Shown here in pieces: positions 51,130 through 58,617 of a stretch of DNA of 64,000 bases. Each line of letters begins with the position of its first letter. Position 1 is the first letter of the stretch. The translations under genes and the position numbers were made by a program. Source of the stretch: Candidatus Daviesbacteria bacterium RIFCSPHIGHO2_01_FULL_41_45 (GTDB taxonomy: Bacteria > Patescibacteriota > Microgenomatia > Daviesbacterales > UBA10151); assembly GCA_001776975.1 (NCBI GenBank), contig MFCS01000025.1, positions 37,407 through 101,406 on the forward strand, given 5' to 3'. The notes beneath the pieces are model-generated. The model made no database searches and was not told the origin of the DNA. It was given only the letters and a program-made list of their open reading frames with translations.

Positions 51130-51426
51130 ATGAAAAAGATATCTTTAATCATTAATGAAACTAAATTTAAAGACAGACCTAAAAACTTATCCCAGGAGTT
51201 TCAAGTTTATGGAATATATCTGGCTGAGACTCTGGCAGACACCAAGCATTATTCACTTTATATCAAGCTAGCTAAACACTACGAAAGAAGCCTTTTGGAG
51301 CAAGCCTTAAACTTTGTTAAAGATGCCAATAAGGTTAAATCCCGAGGACGATTATTTATGTGGAAACTAAAGAATCTGAAAGATTCGCAAGGAACTACCC
51401 AAGACACTATAAAAAAAACAGATTAA
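51130..51426 (+). CDS. Small hypothetical protein
   Basis: 98-aa basic helical ORF directly after the ligase gene. Confidence 0.7.
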   Translation: MKKISLIINETKFKDRPKNLSQEFQVYGIYLAETLADTKHYSLYIKLAKHYERSLLEQALNFVKDANKVKSRGRLFMWKLKNLKDSQGTTQDTIKKTD

Positions 51427-51780
51427 TTATGGAGTTTCAGATCCAGAGGCCATTAAGTATGCCCCAGCACACGCTCCCATTATTAAAGCTGCTCCAGCTA
51501 TGGTGGCAGCCTTTGCTACCAACCTGGTTGGAAGATATACCAGAGCTGGGTGGGATAGCCCCTGTCTAGCCCATGCTAGTTGTGGGTGATGTTGTTCAAC
51601 TGTAGAAAATAACCCTCTTAAAGTAATGTCTGTACTGCCATAAGGATAGTGGTTCTTTCTGGCTACTTGTATAAAGCGGGTTTTTAATTCAAAAGCCCTA
51701 CTTGCATCAAGTAATATAAACCCTGTGTCTGCTACTTTACCCAAGAACCCTGCCCCATCTTCCAAATCACGGTCTATCAT
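51427..51780 (-). CDS. Hypothetical protein with C-terminal hydrophobic segment
   Basis: 117-aa ORF with an upstream TTGACA-type promoter. Confidence 0.55.
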   Translation of the reverse strand: MIDRDLEDGAGFLGKVADTGFILLDASRAFELKTRFIQVARKNHYPYGSTDITLRGLFSTVEQHHPQLAWARQGLSHPALVYLPTRLVAKAATIAGAALIMGACAGAYLMASGSETP

Positions 51781-51864
51781 AATGAACGGAATATAGAATA
51801 TTTTTGATACATTGTCAAATAGAGAGCCTTGCCCGTTTACCTAGCTTTGGGTAAAATACCAGAT

Positions 51865-52389
51865 ATGGAGATTGTTAAAGCACCCGATGCCAGATTAAGG
51901 GTAAAAACAAAACAGGTTAAAAAAATTACCCCGGAACTTTTAAAAACCATTAAAGAGATGGTGCTATTAACCAAGTCCTTTGCTGATCCAGAAGGAGTGG
52001 GCTTGGCAGCAACTCAAATAGGAAACGGGGGACAATATTTTGTTAGTAAAACTAAGTCCGGGTCTTTTAGATCCGTCATTAATCCTGCAATTTTGAACTT
52101 CTCCAAAAAGACTAAAGTATTTTTTGAAGGTTGTTTGTCTATTCCAGATTACTACGGTGAGGTAAAACGTCCCATCGGAGTTACTGTTTTGTATCTTGAT
52201 GAGAAAGGTCAAAAAATTAAAAAGAAATTAACCGGACTGGAAGCGTGGATATTTCAACATGAATATGATCACCTGCAGGGCAAATTGTTTGTGGATTATG
52301 TTTTAGCACAAAAATCCCGGTTGTACAAAGTAGTAGGTAAGGATAAAACCGGAGCCGAGGTTTTTGAAGAGGTGTCTCTGGAGATATGA
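51865..52389 (+). CDS. def: Peptide deformylase
   Basis: GVGLAATQIG, EGCLS, QHEYDHL; start ATG 51865. Confidence 0.97.
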   Translation: MEIVKAPDARLRVKTKQVKKITPELLKTIKEMVLLTKSFADPEGVGLAATQIGNGGQYFVSKTKSGSFRSVINPAILNFSKKTKVFFEGCLSIPDYYGEVKRPIGVTVLYLDEKGQKIKKKLTGLEAWIFQHEYDHLQGKLFVDYVLAQKSRLYKVVGKDKTGAEVFEEVSLEI

Positions 52390-53213
52390 GAATCATATTT
52401 TTTGGCACTCCAGATTATGTCGTCCCGATCGTGAACGCCCTTCATAAACATTTCTCTATAGTGGCAGTTGTTACTCAACCCCCTCGACCTGTGGGTAGAA
52501 AGCAGGTCGTTACTCCATCCCCTGTCTCAGAGTGGGCAGAAAAGAATCAGATCCCGATTTTCGACAAGAAACCCGAACAGATTATTGATGAATTAAAGAA
52601 ATTAAAAGCTGACGTAGGGATCTTAGAATCTTATGGGGAAATTTTATCCTCAGAGTTAATTACATTATTTCCTCATGGGATAATTAATATTCACCCTTCA
52701 TTATTACCTAAATATCGAGGGTCCTCTCCAAATCAGGCAGTATTACTAAACGGAGACAGTGCCACAGGTATCACAGCGATTAAACTTGACTCTGAGATGG
52801 ACCATGGTCCTATACTCTTCCAAGTAGAAAAGTCAGTTTATCAGAACGATACTTTTAAAGCACTCCGAGAAAGACTCTTCGCTGACTCTGCAATCACACT
52901 CCTCGAAATATTACCCCAATATATTGCTGGAGAGATTAAACTTAGACCCCAAGATGACAAAAAGTCCACTTATACCTGGAAAACAGATCAGACAAAAGCT
53001 AAGGCCTACTTTGATATTAATAACCCCCCATCAGTTGAGGTATTAGATCGGATGAGCCGAGCTTTTTATCCCTGGCCTAATGCTTGGACAAAGTGGAACG
53101 GTAAGATTGTTAAATTGTTACCTGAAAAAAAAGTTCAGATCGAGGGTAAAAAACCAGTTTCCTTAGAAGAATTTTTGAGAGGCTATCCGGATTTTCCGAT
53201 CAAGGCACTTTAA
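52386..53213 (+). CDS. fmt: Methionyl-tRNA formyltransferase
   Basis: FFGTP, VVTQP, NIHPSLLPKYRG, MDHGP. Confidence 0.95.
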   Translation: MRIIFFGTPDYVVPIVNALHKHFSIVAVVTQPPRPVGRKQVVTPSPVSEWAEKNQIPIFDKKPEQIIDELKKLKADVGILESYGEILSSELITLFPHGIINIHPSLLPKYRGSSPNQAVLLNGDSATGITAIKLDSEMDHGPILFQVEKSVYQNDTFKALRERLFADSAITLLEILPQYIAGEIKLRPQDDKKSTYTWKTDQTKAKAYFDINNPPSVEVLDRMSRAFYPWPNAWTKWNGKIVKLLPEKKVQIEGKKPVSLEEFLRGYPDFPIKAL

Positions 53214-53422
53214 GCAGAAACTACGACAAAAATTTTCTTTACCACTCTTAGGCATTTAGTACAATATTTCTGACCTTTAAAAGTATGCAGATTTGGCCTT
53301 TGTATTTTAGAGTGAATGGGCGCCCTAAGTTTCCAAGTACCTCCTCCTCCAGACGAACCTTTTTTGTGGCGCGAGTACGCCAACCTTTTCATCCCTTTGT
53401 TGCAAACTGTACAAACTAACAT
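53210..53422 (-). CDS. rpmB: 50S ribosomal protein L28 (divergent, Zn-binding type)
   Basis: CTVCNK...SRH...QRPNLH...CTKCLR. Confidence 0.8.
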   Translation of the reverse strand: MLVCTVCNKGMKRLAYSRHKKGSSGGGGTWKLRAPIHSKIQRPNLHTFKGQKYCTKCLRVVKKIFVVVSA

Positions 53423-53461
53423 AAGTTTGGAAATTATACCGTATTGTGCTTAAAATTTCTA

Positions 53462-54853
53462 CTAGTTTAAGGCGCAATATTGCAAATTGCCTCTGTAAGC
53501 ATCTCTTCGCAAAACCGCGGTTGGCAGATAATCAAATAATAAAACGGCAGCAGCAAAATCAATAAACGGATCGCCTCTAACTACCTGACGATTTAAATTA
53601 ACAATCCTACCTCTTAAAAAATCATACCTATCACCTCTAGTTCTTGATTCATATTCCCTAATTCCACTATATCTACCTAGTTCATTTAATCTAGTATGAG
53701 CATAGACTAGGTAGGTCGGCAAGTGCGGGCTAAGTAGAAAATCCCTCCAGGAATGAGCCTCTTCATCTCTACCTTTTTCAATTAAAATACTAAAATCAAC
53801 TCCTCTGGCAAACGATTGAGTGACGTTGTCCGGACTACCTCCAGGCATATCAGCAACCACTAAATTATTAAACACCCTGGCTTTATTTAAATCTGTCACA
53901 CCTCTCGCTATTAATTGATCATTCCATCTTAGATTTGGGTTTCTGATAACTGGTTGTGGGCGAACTATTGATTCAATTGTTGGTGAAACTAAGTCTAAAT
54001 CAACTACACATACCTCTATATCATTCGGGTTAAATATTCCATCGCTGGCACAGTGGTAAATTAAATCTTTGGCAGATGATACGAGTGAGGCTGCAGTTGT
54101 ACTCTTGCCGGAATGGGGTGACCCACCAACAACCATCACAAATCTCTGACCTTTAAGTAGCTTACTTTTACCCCGATCTAATGCAAAGATAGCTTTTTCA
54201 TAACTATTACCTCCATCATCAAGAGTTTTAATTCTGGGGACTGTAAAATCAGTTGGGATATGTTCCAATCTGGGGTACCTAACTGGTTTCCGTAAATTAT
54301 CTCTGCTCTGACTATTATTTAATTCAACAGGAAATTGCATGATAGATCTTAAAAAATTATCGGAGGGAAGTGAATATAGGCTACCTAGAACTTGGCTTGC
54401 ATCTACATATCCAGCAGATGGAATGCCAAAATTAGCTAAAAGTTGTCTAGCTAATAATTTTGAGAGATACCCATGCTCTGGCTTGAGATTTGGTAGGGAA
54501 CGGATTCTCCACCACTCATCTTCCCTCAACCTACGGAACGGCTCCAAGGCCAAGGTTATCTGTCTTAAAGATGCTCTATCTTGTCTAGACAAGGGGCTTT
54601 CTTTAATTATCCCTTCCAATACTCCCGGATTAAGATAATCTATCTCTATATTACCCTCTCCAGTTTTAAATAACGGAATGGCCTCAGCTAATAATCCCCT
54701 GCTAACTCTTTTATCAGCTCGAATAACTAGCTCAGCCTGTGGGGCAATTACTCCTAATTTTTCCAAAACAAATCCGGCGATAACAGCAGAAGGGCTAAGC
54801 TCATCTAAAATTAAAACTTTATTAAAAGGGCCGGGAAACTTTCTTTCTTCCAT
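53462..54853 (-). CDS. Hypothetical protein with C-terminal P-loop NTPase
   Basis: VVGGSPHSGKST Walker A, VVADMPGG. Confidence 0.7.
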   Translation of the reverse strand: MEERKFPGPFNKVLILDELSPSAVIAGFVLEKLGVIAPQAELVIRADKRVSRGLLAEAIPLFKTGEGNIEIDYLNPGVLEGIIKESPLSRQDRASLRQITLALEPFRRLREDEWWRIRSLPNLKPEHGYLSKLLARQLLANFGIPSAGYVDASQVLGSLYSLPSDNFLRSIMQFPVELNNSQSRDNLRKPVRYPRLEHIPTDFTVPRIKTLDDGGNSYEKAIFALDRGKSKLLKGQRFVMVVGGSPHSGKSTTAASLVSSAKDLIYHCASDGIFNPNDIEVCVVDLDLVSPTIESIVRPQPVIRNPNLRWNDQLIARGVTDLNKARVFNNLVVADMPGGSPDNVTQSFARGVDFSILIEKGRDEEAHSWRDFLLSPHLPTYLVYAHTRLNELGRYSGIREYESRTRGDRYDFLRGRIVNLNRQVVRGDPFIDFAAAVLLFDYLPTAVLRRDAYRGNLQYCALN

Positions 54854-54890
54854 AATTCCGGGCAGAACGGTGCTTATTATAGGGCATTAG

Positions 54891-55601
54891 TTACACTAAA
54901 TCAAACTCAGACTCAATCTCCAGGAGCTGTTGTTTACGTAATACCAGATCAGAGTTGCTATCAATTATCTTTTTTGCCTCCATTAAGTGTAGTTTTGCTT
55001 TTTCTGGATTGTCACTTTTTAACATCTTGGCTAGCCTTAAGTGAGCTCCCGAGAGCCATACGTCTTTGTTATATCTTGATAACTCAACTGATTCTTCTAA
55101 ATCCCTTAAGGCTTCCTCAGCCTGTCCTATCGCTGATTTATCACCTGTCAGATACTCTGCAGCAAATTGGTGTCCTACAAAATCAGCTATCACTGCCGGC
55201 CGATTGTGTCTTTCTGGTGGTGAGGACTTTATATACTCAACAGCCATTTTAAAAGCCTTAGCTGCTTCTTTATATTCTCCAGCTTCACTATAGTACTTTC
55301 CTAAATTATGATACGGGATTGCCAAAGACTCGCTCACTCCACTCATTTTGGCCACCTCAACTGAACTCAAAACAGCGTGTTTTGCCAAAACCAAAAATTC
55401 TGGCTTTTTGGTAGCTTGATAAAGATGCTTAAAAGTAGCAAACCGAGATGATTGAATCTCAGCCAACCCCAATAAATCACCGTCCTCACTATAAGCAATA
55501 GTAGCCTGGTCACAATATTCTAAAGCCTGCTGAAACTGTCCAGACTCTTTAGCCACCTCAGCTTTAGAGTGTAGCTCACGACCTTTTTTAGACGTTACCA
55601 T
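54891..55601 (-). CDS. Tetratricopeptide repeat protein
   Basis: YHNLGKYYSEAGEYKEAAKAF; start probably ATG 55601 after TATAAT. Confidence 0.8.
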   Translation of the reverse strand: MVTSKKGRELHSKAEVAKESGQFQQALEYCDQATIAYSEDGDLLGLAEIQSSRFATFKHLYQATKKPEFLVLAKHAVLSSVEVAKMSGVSESLAIPYHNLGKYYSEAGEYKEAAKAFKMAVEYIKSSPPERHNRPAVIADFVGHQFAAEYLTGDKSAIGQAEEALRDLEESVELSRYNKDVWLSGAHLRLAKMLKSDNPEKAKLHLMEAKKIIDSNSDLVLRKQQLLEIESEFDLV

Positions 55602-55657
55602 AATTGGATTATACATCATTAGAAAAGCATACTAAAATTTGTGTTAGAATAATCTTT

Positions 55658-56299
55658 ATGACTCCTGAGACATTTGCCGGTGCTATCTTAGTTTTATTGT
55701 TTTCTATCATTTTACATGAGGTAATGCACGGGCTGGCAGCTTTATACTTTGGGGATAAAACTGCCCAAAAAATGGGTAGACTCACCTTAAATCCTCTACC
55801 TCATATTGATCCCATTGGCTCTATTTTACTACCAGGTATCCTCTTGGCTACTTCAGCCCTAACCGGGGCGGGTGGATTTTTGTTTGGCTGGGCCAAACCG
55901 GTACCTGTTAATCCTTTAAACTTTAACAACATCAGAGTTGGCGAAGCGGTAGTAGCTATCGCTGGAGTAGCTGCTAATTTAGCTTTAGCTGTTTTAGCTG
56001 CTATATTCTTCCACCTGTTTGGATCCAGTCTGTTTTTCCCACACTTAGCAAACATCTTAAGCTTTGCCGTCTCCATCAATCTTGTCTTGGCTTTTTTTAA
56101 CCTTTTACCAATCCCACCCCTTGACGGGTCAAAGCTTTTAGCTACCATCTTACCTGTGCATCTAGAAATGAAGTATCGGTCGTTGGAAAAATATGGATTT
56201 TTAATCCTCTTATTTATACTGTTTACACCTTTGGGTAATATTGTTTGGGGAATACTAAGGATCTTCATCAACTTCTTCCACAAACTACTTGGAGTTTAA
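55658..56299 (+). CDS. Site-2 protease (M50) family protein
   Basis: HEVMH, GRLTLNP, NLLPIPPLDG; start ATG 55658. Confidence 0.94.
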   Translation: MTPETFAGAILVLLFSIILHEVMHGLAALYFGDKTAQKMGRLTLNPLPHIDPIGSILLPGILLATSALTGAGGFLFGWAKPVPVNPLNFNNIRVGEAVVAIAGVAANLALAVLAAIFFHLFGSSLFFPHLANILSFAVSINLVLAFFNLLPIPPLDGSKLLATILPVHLEMKYRSLEKYGFLILLFILFTPLGNIVWGILRIFINFFHKLLGV

Positions 56300-56351
56300 A
56301 TTCTGAGGCTAAATTAACATGTTTTGCCCCTTAAGACAACCCCTTTTTAGC

Positions 56352-56380
56352 TTGACTAAGAAGATGCCTTTTGCTATTCT
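56352..56380 (+). promoter_or_regulatory. Sigma70 promoter of ncRNA
   Basis: TTGACT-17 bp-TATTCT with extended TG. Confidence 0.75.
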
Positions 56381-56387
56381 GGTCTAA

Positions 56388-56543
56388 GTCTGCTTGGCAC
56401 GTTTAAATTTGAGGGTTTATTTTCCTCCATCGTTGATCTACAACGGGAGCTAAAAAGGGGTTCCGTCGTCGCTAAAGCTACGATGGACCAGGCACCCACT
56501 TGTTTTCTTAGGGGAAAAGACCTCAAATCACGTCTGAGCAGAC
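56388..56543 (+). ncRNA. Rod-shaped ncRNA, 6S RNA-like candidate
   Basis: 5'/3' pairing GTCTGCTT/GAGCAGAC, ATTTGAGG/CCTCAAAT, TTTCCTC/GGGGAAA; has its own promoter and terminator. Confidence 0.6.
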
Positions 56544-56566
56544 AGAAATAATTTAGATTCCGTACT

Positions 56567-56594
56567 GTCCACCTCGCAAGGGGTGGATTTTTTT
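56567..56594 (+). terminator. Intrinsic terminator
   Basis: GTCCACCTC-GCAA-GGGGTGGAT followed by a T run. Confidence 0.85.
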
Positions 56595-56611
56595 GGTAAA
56601 ATACCCATATA

Positions 56612-56668
56612 GTCGAGATAGCTCAGTGCGAACGCTAGTGAGCGCGAGATATCGAGGCTGTACATCAT
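56612..56668 (+). repeat. Partial 5' duplication of tRNA-Thr(TGT) plus small palindrome-like insert
   Basis: GTCGAGATAGCTCAGT (56612) versus GCCGAGATAGCTCAGT (56669); CGAACGCTAGTGAGCG between them. Confidence 0.7.
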
Positions 56669-56742
56669 GCCGAGATAGCTCAGTTGGCTAGAGCGCCACT
56701 TTTGTAAAGTGGATGTCCGGGGTTCGAATCCCCGTCTCGGCT
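56669..56742 (+). tRNA. tRNA-Thr(TGT)
   Basis: Cloverleaf GCCGAGA/TCTCGGC, anticodon arm CCACT-TTTGTAA-AGTGG, TTCGAAT; CCA not encoded. Confidence 0.95.
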
Positions 56743-56808
56743 CTCAGAGCGTTGCATACCTATTGTGGGTGGAACCAAGCATAAAGTTTGATAGAATTCA
56801 CTAACTAC

Positions 56809-56883
56809 GCCGAAGTGGCTCAGTGGTAGAGCACGTTCTTGGTAAGAACGGGGTCACGGGTCCGATTCCCGTCTTCGGCTCCA
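56809..56883 (+). tRNA. tRNA-Thr(GGT)
   Basis: GCCGAAG/CTTCGGC, CGTTC-TTGGTAA-GAACG, T-loop TCCGATT, encoded CCA. Confidence 0.93.
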
Positions 56884-56943
56884 TGTTGCTCTTTGTGTCC
56901 TTTGGAATTGTAAAATCTGTGAACCTACAGTATAATTCTACCC

Positions 56944-57114
56944 ATGGCTAAAAAATCAAACCGACAATTAATAACTTTTGAGTGTTCTGTTTGTAAGAAT
57001 AGAAACTATTTATCAGAAAAAAATACCAATACTACTAAAGACAAAGTATCTTTGAGTAAGTATTGTAAGAGCTGTCAAAAACATACCTCTCACAGCGAGG
57101 GAAAAGTCAAATAA
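56944..57114 (+). CDS. rpmG: 50S ribosomal protein L33
   Basis: Translated by hand: MAKKSNRQLITFECSVCKNRNYLSEKN...KYCKSCQKHTSH; lies between tRNA-Thr and tRNA-Trp. Confidence 0.95.
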   Translation: MAKKSNRQLITFECSVCKNRNYLSEKNTNTTKDKVSLSKYCKSCQKHTSHSEGKVK

Positions 57115-57115
57115 A

Positions 57116-57670
57116 ATGTCTGAGATCCCAGATCCTTTAACTGGTCCTTCTACAGAACAGGTAAATCCTTCAACCGATAATCCCCGAGAATTTATGGATA
57201 AATTTTATGAGAGTAATATTTATCTTAAAGCTAAACAAGACTTTTTTATAGACAAAACCTTACCTGACGATGTAACTGATAAAGAAAAACAGGAGGCATT
57301 TGAACAAAGTGAAGATGCCAAGTTTGCTATGGTAGATTTTGCCAGAAAAGCATTAACATTCAAATATAATCCCGACTTATTTCCAGCTCCTTCAGCACAC
57401 GCACTTAGTACATACATTGAGAGTGTGAAAGATATGATGAAGATGTCCAGATCTGGTGTCAGCAGTACTGAAATAGAAAGCTTGGATTCACTAAGATCTA
57501 TTTATCACAATACAGCCGCTCAGACTCTGGTTGAGGACAAAGTTGTACGGTCTATCAAACTAGGCAGATCTCTTGCTAGATTGGTATTAGTTGATAAGGG
57601 TCTGGATACATTCGAGAATGCCACTAAAAAAGATATTGATCAAATCAAACGCAAGTTTGGAGCAGTATAG
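57116..57670 (+). CDS. Hypothetical protein
   Basis: 184-aa helical ORF starting 1 nt after rpmG. Confidence 0.7.
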   Translation: MSEIPDPLTGPSTEQVNPSTDNPREFMDKFYESNIYLKAKQDFFIDKTLPDDVTDKEKQEAFEQSEDAKFAMVDFARKALTFKYNPDLFPAPSAHALSTYIESVKDMMKMSRSGVSSTEIESLDSLRSIYHNTAAQTLVEDKVVRSIKLGRSLARLVLVDKGLDTFENATKKDIDQIKRKFGAV

Positions 57671-57726
57671 TTTCTATTCTAGCTTCTTTAATAATTTACT
57701 CATTTTAAAGTATAATTTCTATGCTT

Positions 57727-57797
57727 AGGCCTGTCGTTCAATGGTAGGACAGCGGTCTCCAAAACCACTAACGAGGGTTCGATTCCTTCCAGGCCTG
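57727..57797 (+). tRNA. tRNA-Trp(CCA)
   Basis: AGGCCTG/CAGGCCT, GCGGT-CTCCAAA-ACCAC (one C.A mismatch), TTCGATT. Confidence 0.92.
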
Positions 57798-57954
57798 CAG
57801 GTTTCAGGTTCTCCAATTTATTGGAGGTTCTGAAAACTGCTGGGAATGAATATTAAGCGAAACCTCCCTGAGGGTTTACATAATTTCGAACTTGTGAGAA
57901 ATTACAGGATCGTTTGCCGAAGGCAAAGGTAGCCCTCTTCCTTCCAGGCCTGCA
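57783..57954. mobile_element. Miniature element or scar at tRNA-Trp 3' end, flanked by 17-bp direct repeats
   Basis: TTCCTTCCAGGCCTGCA at 57783-57799 and 57938-57954; interior consists of stacked hairpins. Confidence 0.65.
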
Positions 57955-57980
57955 ATCTTATATACATATGCTCTTCTTGC

Positions 57981-58009
57981 TTGACTCAGAGGATCCAATA
58001 GTCTAGAAT
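57981..58009 (+). promoter_or_regulatory. Sigma70 promoter facing the 3' end of the nuclease gene
   Basis: TTGACT-17 bp-TAGAAT. Confidence 0.75.
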
Positions 58010-58016
58010 CTAAATT

Positions 58017-58079
58017 GAGGCAGAGGGCTTGACCCTGACCCCATTATTGCACCTGCATAAAGTGGAAGATGCCTCACCA
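58017..58079 (+). ncRNA. Candidate 63-nt tRNA-like small RNA
   Basis: Starts at the expected +1; closing stem GAGGCA/TGCCTC followed by ACCA; two internal hairpins. Confidence 0.45.
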
Positions 58080-58454
58080 AAGTACCATCAGAGAGTAAAA
58101 ATATTTCTGTCCTTCAAAGTTCTTTGAGCGGACCACGACTTTTATTTTTCTGCCTCCAATATATCCACTAAAAGCAAAGTAATGTCCAATTTTATCTTTT
58201 CTGTGTTCTTGAAAAGTTTGAGCAGTTTCCAACATCTTTCTGGCTAACGGTAAAATAGCAAACCTTTCCATTTGCTCAACCTTGGTTCGTTTATGAGGCG
58301 GATTTATTAAGTGATCCCAGCCTGATCTAGTTACTAATATTTTCTGCTTAAAAGCTGGTGTTGGTTTTTCATGGCCCGACCAATAACTAAAATAATACAT
58401 CTTAGCTTTTCTTCTCGCTCTATCAAACTTACTAACTCTTTTACCTTTGGGCAT
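58074..58454 (-). CDS. BECR/RelE-fold nuclease-like protein (PBECR/LPD3-like)
   Basis: PAF...I.VT..GWDHL...RT..EQ.ERF..L..A...IKVVVR...KYFYSL pattern; leaderless TATAAT-6-ATG. Confidence 0.6.
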   Translation of the reverse strand: MPKGKRVSKFDRARRKAKMYYFSYWSGHEKPTPAFKQKILVTRSGWDHLINPPHKRTKVEQMERFAILPLARKMLETAQTFQEHRKDKIGHYFAFSGYIGGRKIKVVVRSKNFEGQKYFYSLMVLW

Positions 58455-58617
58455 ATCTGGATTATATCTAAATTTCGAGAAATCGAATAGACTTCTGGTA
58501 AACTAAGTTAGGGAATTTGATATTTTCAGTCCATTTAGAAGTTCGGAAATCATCAACTAGTCCCTGCAAAATAGTCCGATAGTTAACAAAACAAATCATT
58601 ATGGTATAATTCTTCTC

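Noticed and set aside
56388-56543. SRP RNA, 5S rRNA, tmRNA or RNase P identity for the ncRNA
   Set aside because: It lacks the SRP helix-8 motif, tRNA-like tmRNA ends and RNase P conserved blocks, and it does not match the 5S pattern.
58017-58079. A genuine tRNA gene
   Set aside because: It is only 63 nt with no TTCG T-loop and no D-arm consensus; retained only as a tRNA-like candidate.
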